From Eledone cirrhosa (Eukaryota): a stretch of 64,000 nucleotides of DNA. Numbering within the stretch: the stretch's first letter is position 1; each line of letters begins with the position of its first letter. Of this stretch, positions 24,181 to 37,073 are shown piece after piece. The translations under genes were made by a program, and so were the position numbers. The stretch is taken from assembly GCA_964016885.1 (NCBI GenBank), contig OZ024749.1, positions 17,546,001-17,610,000 on the forward strand, given 5' to 3'. The notes under the pieces were generated by a model that worked only from the letters and a program-made list of their open reading frames with translations, was not told where the DNA came from and ran no database searches.

Positions 24181-24756
24181 TATATAGACATACAGTGTGT
24201 ACGTATGAGAGAGAGAAATAGACGAGTGTGTGTGTGTGTGTAGAAATATGTGTGTAAGTGCTGTAATAAATCAAGATATTTCACTTCAGATAGAAAAGTT
24301 CACAATGTTTGTGTTGTGATGGAAAACTAAACAATACGTACTTTAGTTTTCAAGACCAAATATAAAGTGAAGAAAAGTTAGTAAAAACTAAATGTTGACT
24401 GATTTCTGATTAAAATAATATTTTCCTGTCGTGTAAAATGTTGAACAAAAACTTCAATATTTAATAATACAGGTGATAAAACAACAACTATAAGGTAAAT
24501 AAGTCACCTTATGTTATTTAAAAACATTAACATCCACCTTAATATGAATAATCACCATAAAAGATAAAATTAGATTAGGTTTAAGTTGTAACAATGGAGC
24601 TGATATAAATGTCTAGTTGACACCGGTGTTATGACTTAAAAGTCCCCTAAATAATTTAATACATTTAGAAACAACTCCGTTCTGTTAATTCATACATTCA
24701 ATGGATATGTTAGTAATTTATTCAGATTTGAATAAATAACATTATTAATTTTACAT

Positions 24757-24937
24757 GGTGAATTGGCAGTAATGGTAGAGGGTTGGATGCCATGCTTCCT
24801 AGCATAGTTACATCCCTTTACAGTCTGAGTTCAAATCCCGCCGAGGTTAACTTTGCCTTTCATCCTTACGGGGTCGATAAAATAAAGTACCAGTAATGTA
24901 CTGTGTATTTGCTGGCTTTGTGCCTAAAGTAGAAACA
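24757..24937 (+). mobile_element. tRNA-derived SINE with 16-bp TSD
   Basis: TSD attattaattttacat at 24741-24756 and 24938-24953. Confidence 0.85.
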
Positions 24938-25237
24938 ATTATTAATTTTACATAACTGTTTATATTAAAACGAAACACGATATTTTAGCTAATAAAACAC
25001 TTAAAAAATGGGAATGAAAAGATGAAAAACAAAAACATGAGAGACATGTGGAATGATGTGTCTTGCTTAAGGACACAATGTACCTCCCTTTGAAAACATT
25101 ATATTACAATATGCTGTATGACTTCACTATAAAATATATTTGTCTTTGTATACATATATATACAGTATATATGTGCGTATGCATTGTCTCATTCCATGAG
25201 AGTAACTTGGTCAACCTATGAACTCCTCATCCGACCC

Positions 25238-25700
25238 TTCATCATCATCATCATCGTTTAACGTCCATATTCCACGCTTGCATGGGTTTGGACGGGAGTT
25301 TTCCCACTTGAGGCAAGAGTGGTTGTCTTGCTCGCATAGGACTGTCTGGTGGGTTTTCTACAGCTGGATGCCCTTCCTAACACCAACCACATTTACAGTG
25401 TGGAACTGGGAGGTTTTTACCGTGTTACCTACACAGCCACATTGCAGCGTGGACTGTGTGTTTTTTTGTCGTGACACCTACATGACCTCATCTGTTTCGG
25501 GCTGGATGTTGTGGTACCAACATAACTTTACATTGAAAGGGGTGGTGTGGATGGGGTGGGGGTAGTGGGACGGGGGTGTATTTTGTTAGAGGTGCCTACT
25601 GACTGTAGTAGGTTTCACTTTGTACTTAGGTAAGGCGGGTCTTCTCTATTACTGTGTAGCGCCAAAGCTCTCGGTCCAGTGACATTGTCTTGGAGAGGTG
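25238..25700 (-). mobile_element. RTE LINE 3' end
   Basis: (CAT)n on the plus strand and ORF end KTMSLDRELWRYTVIEKTRLT. Absent from the paralogous sites at about 37330 and 46490. Confidence 0.8.
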
Positions 25701-25893
25701 TCTATATGTATATACATGTTTGTCAGTGTGTGTGTAAATATGTATATAGAATATTGTCACAACTACTATATACATCACATATATACTATATATAATATTG
25801 TCCAATATATATTGACTATATGTCATGTTGTCCAAGGGAAAGGCTGATATAGATCGGCACCAGTGACATTACAAGTATTATATACACTATATA

Positions 25894-28820
25894 TCATCAT
25901 CATCATTATTGTTTAACATCTATCTTCCACGCTAGCACGGGTTAGACGGGAATTGTCCCACTTGAGGCAAGATTGTTCGGGTGACTGTGTCTCGTCCATA
26001 TAGGACTGTATCTGGCATGTTTTCTATGGCTGAATGCTCTTACTAACACCAACTACATTTCCTGTGTGGACTGTCTGGTTTTTCGTCATGACACCTACAC
26101 AACCTCTTTAGTTTGGACTGGATGTTGTGGTACCAACATAACTTTAGAGAGACAGGGTGGTGTTGGTGGGAGTGGGAGGATGGAATAGGATGTGTGGGTT
26201 GGGTGTATATTTGGTTAGGATGGGCCTACTGACTGTAGGTTAACTTTGCACGTAGGGAAGGCAGGTCTTCTCTGTTACTGCGTGGCACCATATATCTCAA
26301 TCCAGTGACATTGTCTAAGAGAGGCGTAAGTGTGCAAGGTTGGATTTTATGTCACCCCATGTTTTTCTGGGTCTACCTATTCCGTAACTTCCATCAATTT
26401 TGATCACCCTGCACTTTTTTTATAAAGCTGTCGTCTTTCATGCGCATCACGTGACCATACCAACGTAATCTTTGCTCAAGTAAACAGCATCTGATCCCTC
26501 TTATTCCTAATTCTCACTTAGTTCGTTTATGTTTTGCCGTTCATGTATATTACAATTACACATCCAACGGAGCATGCATGCTTCGTTCCTTTCCAATCTG
26601 CACAGGTCCTCTGCACACAATGCCCATGTCTCACTGCCATGTAACATTGTTGTTCGTATGCATGCATCATACAATATGCCTTTCATTTTTAGTGAGAAAC
26701 TTTTTGTGTCTAGCAGTGGTATTAGCTCTCTGAGCTTTATCCATCCCGTTCTAACTCTGGCTACTACACTTTCAGAGCACCCTCCATCACTGCTGATTTT
26801 GTCACCCAAGCAACGGAAAGTGTCCACTATTTCTATAGAACCATCTGGGCAGTAGAAGGTGCTAGTATCCTGTGGGTACTTGCTGCTTATTTCACATGAG
26901 CATCGGCCACATATACAATCTACATTCTTAGATAGCTTACCTGTGATCTCACTACATTTTTTATGTACCCATTGTTTGCATTTGGGACATAGAATGGAAT
27001 TTCTACCTACTCCTTTCCTACATATTCAGCATGGTACCAATGCCTTATTTTCTTTTCTACATACTAGACCTTTAGTCTTAGACAAGTTAACTTTAAGGAC
27101 TTTTGATTGAAGGCCATGCCTCCATTTTGGGAATTTCTTCTCTAGTTCAACCATAGATTCAGCTATGAGAGTTAGAGCATCCGTATATTGAAGTTCCCAT
27201 GGGCTCTGATATAGCCTGAAGGGCAATAATAAACAGGAGGAAGCTAAGGATAGGGCCTTGCTGAACACCTACTTTTACTTCACTATTTTAATTGTTAATT
27301 CTAACCTTGCTGACTATTCCTCTATACATGGCTTGTAAAGCTCTCACAAGCCATTCATCTACTCCTACTTTTCTAAGGGCCCACCAGATAACGATGATGC
27401 TGCTATGCCAGTCATCTGGTATGACCCCATTCTGTATTATTTGGTTTACTATCTGGGTATTCATAGTATGTCCCACCATTCCAGATGCTTTCAACATCTC
27501 AACAACTATCTGCGAAGACTCAGCTGCCTTGCCTGTCTTCATATCTTTGATTGCCTTACTTATTATACTACCATTAACTTGCACCGCTGGTCCCTCTATT
27601 GGATCGATTTGGGGCAGACTATCTTTTTCACATTTATTCTCCTCATTTAGTAGTCTCTCATAGTGACACTCCCAAGCTACCATGTTATCAGTATCAGTGA
27701 GGGCAAGTACACCATCATCATTACGGACACACTTCTACCTGACAATATCACGGTTTTCCATGACACTTTATTTTGCAATCCTGAACACCTCACGTTTTTG
27801 GTCCTCATGCTTGAACTTTCTCCTCTGCTTCCCTTCTTGCAAAGTACACTTGTCTCCTAGCTTCTCTCCTGGCCACTTGATAGTGTTCTATACTTTCCAA
27901 GCCTGCTTTTTGTCCTTGATTGTCTTGTGAGTCACAACAAGGGAGGCCACTGCTACAGTCTCTTCCTCCTTACTGTTCTACTTCTCCTGCCTATAGGTCT
28001 GCCCCAGCCACAGATTTCATCCATTGCTTTCAGCAGGTTAACTTTCAAGAATTGCCACTTTTCCTCTTTATTGCACGTCTCTAATTGCTCTTCCTTATTG
28101 TCAAAGGCATCAAGTAATAAGCTTTTAAATTTGTCACTGGCTATGGGGTCCTTCAACTTCCATATTCTTCTCCTCAAGGTAGGCCTCCTCTGTGGTCGAG
28201 TACCTCTATTCCTGACTGTGAGGTCACTAACTATGTTGGGAGGTGAATTCTTCACGGGGGAGTGATTTAGTGTTTACAACAGACACTCTGTCACGTCTTC
28301 TAGTAAGGATATAATCTATCTGGCTGGCGTGTTCGCCTGATCTATAAGTGATCAAATGGTTTTCTCGTTTTTGAAGTTTGTGTTACAGATAGTTAGGTTA
28401 TTAGCGTCACAAAATTCCAGGATGCTGGAGCCTTCCTCATTTCTAGCATGAAACCCATAGCCTCCATGGATTCCATCATAGCCATCACAACGTTTTCCAA
28501 CGTGAGCATTTAGGACGCCAGCAATAATTATATAGTCACTGTGGTTTATTTGGGAGGAAGTGAACATTAGCAAATCATAGAACCTGTCTTATATAACATC
28601 ACGTAGGCCAGATTGGCGTGCATAAGCGGATATTATTGTCACACTTGTTCTATTTAGAACTAGTCTTATTTTAATTATTCTGTCGTTCACTCTATTTATG
28701 GCAATTACCTTATCTACCCATTTCTCTGCTAATATAATTCCTACTGCACCCAGCCCTTTGTCATTTCCCATCCAGAGAGGTTTATAGCATCGTTTATACC
28801 CACACACGCCTCCACCTACT
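25894..28820 (-). mobile_element. Degenerate near full-length RTE LINE
   Basis: Endonuclease fragments (28352-28882), RT fragments (27026-27683) and C-terminus MLHGSETW (26507-26827), with many frameshifts. Confidence 0.9.
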
Positions 28821-30376
28821 CTCTTTAACATATATATACTGTATATATATATGATTTCTATATATATAAATACTACATACATACACTATATATAATGTTG
28901 GCCAAAGGAATGGCTGAAACAGATTGACACCAATGATGTCACAGCTCATTATTTAATGTCCAATCTGATGAGTTCCACTCCACTTGCTAAGGTCTGGGAT
29001 GTTGAGATTTGTTACAAAAATATCACTAAAACCAAGATACTGGGTTGGTATAACTACCTGGTTTATATGTGTTGTGGTGTGGTATGATATGTGTTGGATG
29101 TGGTGTGGTATGATGTGTCTGTTGCGTGGGATGGGGTGTGTATTGTGGTGTGTGTGTGCAGAGTGATGTGTGGTTGTGTGTGTGTGTAGTGTATAGGAGA
29201 AATTTTACAAACATGGGACGGAGAAGGGGTGTGTGAGGAGTCTAACTCCTACAACCCTCTCAGGAATGGGTGAAGAAAAAGAGAAGAAAATTGTAAAGTA
29301 TTTTCAAATGTGAATTATTTTTTAAAAAGTCATAATTTGAATTCTCATGACCGTACCATCCAACAAATATTAAAATTATAAAATTGTTTTTATTTACACA
29401 TAAATGTGGATATTTTGTCACAAATATGAATATAAAATAGTTAAGGTTTATAAAATAAACACGTTGATTTTTTTTTTTTTATGATGTAGTTATAAGGGTG
29501 TCACTGTGGACATTTGAAGCTTGGTGGAGCCCTTCACTCACCATGTTGGAACAGATGATTTCTTCCAGAGAAGGAGAGAGAATGAGAGAGAGGAAGTGAG
29601 AAAGAAATATAGAGAGGAAGAACAGACCCCTGCAGTAGACAGCTACTTTTTTGTTATCAACCTTGAATGGAGGAAAGGCAAAGTTGACCTCAGCAGGATT
29701 TAAACTCAGAGCAGAGAACCAGAACAAATATGGCAGAAAGCATTCTATCTATTGTTTTATAGACTTTAAATAACTGTTTCTACTTTTAACTCAAGACCAG
29801 CAATTGGAACGGAAGGAGAAAGTTGATTAAATCAACCCCAGTGGATTACTGGCACTTTATTTAACTGAACCTGTGAGGAAGAAAAGTAAAGCTAACTTCA
29901 GCAAGATACAGAATGTAAAGGGATGTAACTATACGACACAAAGCATATCGTCTGACACTCTACCGATTCTGCAAATCCACCACCCTCAACAATGAAATGA
30001 GATTGTGTCTCTGTAAGAGCCCTTAATGTCAAATAATATGAAGAGGTACTTTACAAGGTGTATTTGTTAATTACAATACAAAACTTCTGAGAATGATTTC
30101 CAACATATTTCACCATAATAAATGTTCATCAATATATATTAATATTATTATTATTTTCTGCTAGCATGTGTAGTGTATATATTGATATTATACGCACTTA
30201 TATATACATCTAGATATGATACATCAAATAAAATCATAATTGACAATATATAATACATAGAAATTGAACGAAAACTGCGTTACACTGTCTTATTTAATCA
30301 GTAACGTAATCCATGATGCATTAAAAAAAGAAGATATTATATATAAACTGCATTAGGAGAAAATTAGTGACGGAAA

Positions 30377-30675
30377 TATTTGAATGTTTATTTAAGCGAT
30401 GGCTAACCGGAAGTGTTGACATTACAGAAATTTTAAAGAAGCGAAACTTTAAATAAACAAAATATATTTAATCAACCGCCACGGAATGTAGTAGATAAAT
30501 TATGTAATATTCATTCATTATTTATTCAAAGTAATGAATGAATATTACATAATTTATCTACTAAATTTTGTGGCGGTTGATTAAATATATTTTGTTTATT
30601 TAAAGTTTCGCTTCTTTAAAATTTCTGAAATGTCAACACTTCCGGTTAGCCATCGCTTAAATAAACATTCAAATA
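30377..30675. repeat. Near-perfect 144-bp-arm fold-back
   Basis: Arms 30377-30520 and 30532-30675 with an 11-nt spacer, followed by a SINE 3' tail. Confidence 0.9.
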
Positions 30676-31170
30676 AAGTACCAGTAATGCACTGGATATT
30701 GGCTGGCCTTGTGCCAAAAGTAGAAACAATTATTTATTCAAAGTAATGCAACTTATTTTACTAATGGGATAAAAAATTATAAACCGTACGCAGTCTTGCG
30801 CTCCTTACTTTATTATAGTTTAGATTTATTAGGTCAGGTGGATTGGCCAGAACAATTCTACTCTTCTTTTTTAGATGTCACAATCTTCCATGGCATTCCT
30901 GAGATCATTAATCTCCAGCTGGACATCTGATCTATGTAGGTGAATCTCAGTCATCCCACTAGAGTCTTACAATATTTAGGTATCCACCACAATAGCCAGC
31001 TCATGCTACCCTCAGTAGCAATGTCCAGCATATTTTGTCCTCCGCTCCCTAGTTATTATGGTAATTTTTGATATATGTTAGTATATTTCTTCCCTTAAAA
31101 AATAAAAATAATAATATATATATATATATATGATATTAATAAATGGAAACTGTATTTATAAAACCATATT

Positions 31171-31235
31171 TATTTCATTATACATATTTCAAGGACACCA
31201 AGTTAAATTATGGTGTGCTTTCATCAGATAAAATA
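31171..31235 (-). ncRNA. Type I hammerhead ribozyme in the Penelope pLTR
   Basis: Minus strand reads tattttat CTGATGA aagcacacca..tggtgtcctt GAAA t-atgt-a TA atgaaata. Confidence 0.8.
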
Positions 31236-32389
31236 TAATATAGAGCAGTTTTATAAATAAATATTGACATACCATTAAAGAATGCAACCATTACTGTCGG
31301 AAGCTCCAGGATTGTGGAGTTGTAGCTTTAATTAAGTAAGTTAGTATTGGATTTTTTAAAATAAGCCGTTGGGTTATGGAGACAAGAAAGATAGAGAAGG
31401 AAAGAGAGAGAAAGAACAGAACAACAGAGAGAGAAAGATAGAGAGAAAGAGTAGACAGAGAAAGGAGAAAGAACGAAAAACTCATATCTTGTTGAGTTAT
31501 CTTAACAATTGAGATGAAATGAATAAATAAAATTAGAAATGTTAATAATCATGAATGGAATATACATATATAATATGAGAAATTTAACCATTGTTTAAAT
31601 ATGATTAGATGTTTAGTTAATCAGTTAAATATTGAGATCAATATATTAAAAATTAGTATCTAAATATTAAGAAATCTATATATTATTATATTGTTAAAGA
31701 TCCATATATTATATAACACGTATACACACGCAAAAATACATACATATAAATATATATACACACTTATAAAGATATATATACATATCTAACTATGTATATA
31801 AAATATATTTAAGATATATGAATCTTATAAAATCAGAGAAGGAAAATTATGTTATATAGTTATATCAATGTTACAATTGTTAATATATTAAAGGAAATTT
31901 TATGTTATACATACTTTATGTTATTAAACAAAATTTTTTTTATATAAGTTTTATAAGATTACCTGTTATGTATTTATGGCTGTTATTATATGTCTATTTG
32001 TCACGAATCTTGGGATAATCACTATACATGAGTGCAATCGAATTGTCTGGATATACACGCACATGTACATACACAATTCACACATATACATATATATATG
32101 TACCCACACAAATAGGTAGATACGCATCACGTATATATATACATTCAGATAGACATACACACATAAAACATATGTACATGTATGTCAATACACACATATA
32201 GAGAGAGAAGTATAATTGAAGTACATAAAATACAAAAGAATTATATTACGATTTGGAAATATAATTATAAGCAATATAACTTTAAAAACAATATAACTTT
32301 AAAATATTATAGAATATTTCAAGTTATAATTTCAAAATAATAATATGTTTAATAGATTTAGTATAGAAATTTTCTACGTATTGTTGTTT

Positions 32390-32624
32390 CTTTGAGCAAG
32401 ACACTTTATTTCACATTGCTCCAGTTTACTCAGCTGTAGAAATGAGATGATAGGGACTGGGGTCCCTATCATTCCACTGCAAAGTGGTCATGGGGGTGCC
32501 ACAGCAAAAAGCACCCAGCACTCACTGTAAATGAGGTTGGTGTTAGGAAGGGCATCCAGCTGTAGAAATCAAGCCAGAATCAGTTCCCGTCCCACCCTTG
32601 CAAGCAGGGAAAAGTGGACGTAAA

Positions 32625-32662
<38 letters not shown>
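32390..32662 (+). mobile_element. 5'-truncated CORE-like SINE with RTE-derived tail
   Basis: Body gagcaagacactttatttcacattgctccag followed by cccgtcccacccttgcaagc..(GAT)n, closely matching the 3' end of the RTE at 60930-60988. Confidence 0.75.
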
Positions 32663-32664
<2 letters not shown>

Positions 32665-33154
32665 ACCTTAATTTTATATTCATAAGATAAATAACCAGAA
32701 ACTTTGAAAGGATAAACTTTCGAAAATATCAAACAATAAAAAATAAAAAATAAAAAATATAAGAAATATTTTCTCCTTTCAAGAGCCCTCTATATTTCTC
32801 TAGAATAGTATATTATATTTATTTATATTTAGGAAGAAGTTATTTTTACTTGAGTGTATAATCAGTCAAAAAAGATGAAGGAATCTAATGATTTATCGAC
32901 AGGTTAATAGAATTAATTAATTATTTATATATTACATTTTAAATTTATATTTAAACGTTGAGTTTAATCTATGTCTACAGCAACTGAATAAATTATTCCA
33001 TAAGTTCAGGGAATTTTTGGTCTTTAATATAAAGAATATTTCCTCTATACAAAGATCACAATTTTCTGAAGAGGAGTTAAAATGAGTAGCTTTTGAAATA
33101 ATATTCCAAATCAACGAATATTCAACATTCTTTAGTTTGAGGTCCCATAATAGG

Positions 33155-34675
33155 CTAGATAGAGAAGTTGAAGATTTTTTTGTTTGGATCTGTAAAAGAA
33201 TTTTTATGATTATTGAAGCGTGATTTAAACTCTGTGGAAGTGGATCCTACATAGTTAAATGAATTTAAATTAGTTTTTACATTACAATTATATACTATAT
33301 TTTTAGCTAAGCAATTGTTATTTAACAGACAGTTAGATTTATTTCTACAGTTACATTTATCCAATTGGATATTGCTTGGGTTATTATTGGTATATAGGTT
33401 AGGTTTTAAATTTCTATTATTAATTCTATTAATATTTTGCGCTAAATTTTTGGTGGAAGAATAAGTTAATTTTATAGTATGTCTATTAAAAATTGAGTAA
33501 TAACTATGTGTTCTAGGGAAGCATTTGTCAAGAGCTTTAAAAATTAGTTTAGCAATAGGGGTTTTAATATTTAATGAGAAAGGAGCGAACCATAATATGT
33601 TCCTAGTTCTATTCCTTTTTCCGCTTTCGGAATTAATGTAAGATTTTCTATTATAGTTGTTAAAATTGTTACGATTATGGTTAGTTGTTATATTATTATT
33701 ATTATCAATGTATTTAATTTTATTTCTATACCCAGCTCTATCTAACGCTTCTTTGTAATAATGTGCTTTTTCATCAAATATATTCTTATTAGCTGAAATT
33801 CTCGAAATTCGTTCCTGTACAGAGTTCACTATAGTATTTTTAACGGATCTGGGGTGATTAGAGTTAAAATTGACGTAGTTTAAGTTCTCATTTAGTTTGC
33901 GAAATGGATAATGAAGACATGTGTTAAGATTTAGTGTTACATCTAGAAAGTTAACTATTTTATGGTTATTCTCTATTTCTACTTTTAGATTAAGGTAATT
34001 AAAAAATTGTATAATTTGTTTTCTTTTTCTATTTAGTTCACAGTTATTATTTTCTATAAGTAAAAGCATGTCATCACGATATAAACCTCCGGTTATCTCA
34101 GGTATTTTCCTATGTAGAGAATTATTTATAAAGAGGCCCACAAGATCCGTTACCTGAGCGGAATCGGATAATCCCATGGTTATATCGAAGTTATTATCTC
34201 TATCTCCCATAGTCCAGAGTTGGTTATTAAATTCTATTAATGTTTTCCATGCCGATAATATAATGTGCATTTCATTGCTAGTTAGGTCTGTATGTTTAAA
34301 TGCGTAAGTTAGTGCTTTATTCAGTAGATTAGGAGTGATATATGAGTAATAGTTAGCAATATCCAACTGAATAAACATATTATTATAGTTATATTTAATT
34401 TCTTTAAACCAATCAATAACTTCACTAGTTCCTTTCCATAATTTTAAATAAGATAAATTCTTAATTTGTGGTATTATTCTGTCTAGAATATTTGTGCTAA
34501 GTCTGCCAAGGTCAGATTTAGATGGTGCAATTAATCTGACTGGTAAATCTGTTTCGAAGTTCCTTTTGTGATCCTTCATATTAATCTTAGGTTTCCTTGG
34601 CATGAAGGGTTGTGTCCTATTTTCAATGCCTAGTTTATGCATTATATAAGAGGCATCTGTATTCAAAATATCCAA
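33155..34675 (-). CDS. Penelope-like RT plus GIY-YIG endonuclease, 5'-truncated
   Basis: RT motifs QLDIANYY, FDITMG and LYRDD; linker CNCRNKSNCLLNNNC; GIY-YIG variant IVY..YVG..RFNNH. The C-terminus continues after a frameshift to about 32932. Confidence 0.85.
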   Translation of the reverse strand: MDILNTDASYIMHKLGIENRTQPFMPRKPKINMKDHKRNFETDLPVRLIAPSKSDLGRLSTNILDRIIPQIKNLSYLKLWKGTSEVIDWFKEIKYNYNNMFIQLDIANYYSYITPNLLNKALTYAFKHTDLTSNEMHIILSAWKTLIEFNNQLWTMGDRDNNFDITMGLSDSAQVTDLVGLFINNSLHRKIPEITGGLYRDDMLLLIENNNCELNRKRKQIIQFFNYLNLKVEIENNHKIVNFLDVTLNLNTCLHYPFRKLNENLNYVNFNSNHPRSVKNTIVNSVQERISRISANKNIFDEKAHYYKEALDRAGYRNKIKYIDNNNNITTNHNRNNFNNYNRKSYINSESGKRNRTRNILWFAPFSLNIKTPIAKLIFKALDKCFPRTHSYYSIFNRHTIKLTYSSTKNLAQNINRINNRNLKPNLYTNNNPSNIQLDKCNCRNKSNCLLNNNCLAKNIVYNCNVKTNLNSFNYVGSTSTEFKSRFNNHKNSFTDPNKKIFNFSI

Positions 34676-34786
34676 TACTAACTTACTTAATTAAAGCTAC
34701 AACTCTACTATCCGGGAGCTTCCAACAGTAATGGTTGCATTCTTTAAGGGTATGTCAATATTTATTTATAAAACTGCTCTATATTA

Positions 34787-34851
34787 TATTTTATCTGATG
34801 AAAGCACACCATAATTTAACTTGGTATCCTTGAAATATGTATAATGAAATA
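34787..34851 (+). ncRNA. Type I hammerhead ribozyme in the inverted pLTR
   Basis: CTGATGA at 34795-34801, stem II 34802-34811/34822-34831, GAAA at 34832-34835, triplet ATA, and stem I tattttat/atgaaata. Confidence 0.8.
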
Positions 34852-35189
34852 AATATGGTTTTATAAATATAGTTTCCATTTATTAATATCGTATTTTTAC
34901 TCCAAATATTTGTTGAGTGCTTTATATAAGTTATAAAAATATTTGCTTGTTGTATCCCAACAATTTAAATAGAACTTTACATATATATATATATATAAAA
35001 GGTATATATTGAGTTAGAAACTCAAAATAGTCTCTTACAATAAAATAGCTCTAAGAAAAAGATTTTTTGAGAGCCGTATATTATAATTGAATATAAAAGA
35101 AAATCGAACACAGATATATGTGTTCAAATCGTAAGGGACCAGATTCGCTAAGGTGAAAAGAATACTAGCTATAGAAAATAGGGTTTGCC

Positions 35190-35462
35190 AAAAAAGATTT
35201 CCCGCATATTTCACAATGGAAGGGTTTTTCACCAGTGTGTGTTCTTTTGTGAAGTTCAAGATGAGAACTACGAGAAAAAGATTTCCCACATATTTCACAA
35301 TGGAAGGGATTTTCTCCAGTATGACTCCGTATGTGGATGACAAGATTAGAATTATTAGTAAAAGATTTCCCACATATTTCACAGTGGAAGGGTTTTGTGT
35401 ATTTTCTCGTGTGAGGATAGTTTCAGTTTTGAAGAGGAAGTTTTCCTGCAAATCTCAGACAT
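35190..35462 (-). pseudogene. C2H2 zinc-finger unit 5, truncated
   Basis: About three damaged fingers. The 3' part is replaced by Penelope-associated sequence. Confidence 0.8.
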
Positions 35463-36888
35463 ATTTCATAAAGGAATCTTACCACTTCCACTCATATATT
35501 AAGAAATGTAGCATTCAGTTCGTAAAGTAATAAGATGTATGAAAGCGTAAGACAGATCTTGGAAGAAGAAAAAGCAAGTGCTTACACACACATATATATA
35601 TATAAATATAGTAATAATAATAAATTTGAAGACTAAAATGCAAAGAGGGCTCGATAAGGATAAATATATTATCTTCGTTTTTTTCGTTCATTGCCAGAGA
35701 ACGTCTCTACGCACCACCTAAGAGAACATTAGTCTACGACCTCTTTTATACCATAAACGTGGTTCTGTCTTTGCGCGTAATTGTTTTTCACCGCCCCTAT
35801 TAATGACGTATTATATTCGTTTTTTCCCGTTCTTTGCCAGCGAACGTTTCCATGAACCAAAGTATCGTCTTCCTGTCTTCCTCCGGTTGCAACGTTTTTT
35901 GAAATATCCAGTTCTGCGTTTACAGATTGACTTTGTTAGTTTCAGAAGATCCCGTTAAGGGTGAAAGCAGCGATTCTTTACTTAAACTTTAATCTGTTAT
36001 TTTAATAAATATATATATTCATTTATATATATATATATATATATTTATTAAAATAACAGATTAAAGTTTAATATATATATATGTGTGTGTGTGTGTGTAT
36101 ATTTTTCTTTATTTTTGTTTAAGGTGAGAGCTCTATTCACAATAAAATCCTCAGTTCATAAAACTAACGAATAAGTCTTTGAAAGTTAAGGTTCTTGTTA
36201 TTGAGGACAGTTCAGGTGACAAGAGAATTAATATCCATAATTTCAAAAGACGAATGTTAATATATAAACATATATATTCAGACATACAGTGTGTACGTAT
36301 GAGAGAGAGAAATAGACGTGTGTGTAGGTGTTGTAATAAATCAAGATATTTCACTTCAGATAGAAAAGTTCACAATGTTTGTGTTGTGATGTACAACGAA
36401 ATAATACGTACTTTAGTTTTCAAGACCAAATATAAAGTGAAGAAAAGTTAGTAAAAACTAAATGTTGACTGATTTCCGATTAAAATAATATTTTCTTGTC
36501 CTGTAAAATGTTGAACAACCACTTCAATATTTAATAATACAGCTGATAAAACAACAACTATAAGGTAAATAAGTCATTTTATGTTATTTACAAACATTAA
36601 CGTCCACCTTAATATGAAATAATCACCATAACAGAAAAAAATTAGGTGAGGTTTAAAAATTGTAACAATGGAGCTGATATAAATGGTAATATTTCACCGT
36701 CTAGTTGACACAGGTGTCATGTCTTAAAAGTATACTACATAATTTAATACATTCAGAAACAACTTCCGTTATCTTAATTCACACCTTCAATCGATATGTT
36801 AGTAATTTATTCAGATTTGTATAAATAACATTATTAATTTTACATAACTGTTTATATTAAAACAAAACACATTATTAAAGGTAATAAA

Positions 36889-37073
36889 GGGCGGTGGATT
36901 GGCAGTATCAGTAGAGAGTCGGACGCCATGCTTTCCAGCATAGTTACGTCCCTTTACGGTCTGTGTTCAAATCCCGCCGAGGTTAACTTTGCCTTTCGTC
37001 CTTACGGGGTCGATAAAATAAAGTACCAGTAATGTACTGGGTATTTGCTGGCCTTGTGCCAAAAGTAGAAACA
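36889..37073 (+). mobile_element. tRNA-derived SINE with 18-bp TSD
   Basis: TSD attattaaaggtaataaa at 36871-36888 and 37074-37091. Confidence 0.9.

Larger units (their letters stand above)
31130..34980 (-). mobile_element. Penelope-like element 1 with an inverted terminal repeat
   Basis: ORF 33155-34675. The segment 31130-31340 is repeated in inverted orientation at 34680-34890. Confidence 0.9.

Noticed and set aside
33060-33115. CTGAAGA..GAAA hammerhead-like motif antisense to the Penelope endonuclease
   Set aside because: Stem I cannot pair, and the motif is not kept in the second Penelope element.
36889-36985. tRNA genes at SINE heads
   Set aside because: A and B boxes are present but there is no cloverleaf. 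They are followed by a SINE body and flanked by TSDs.
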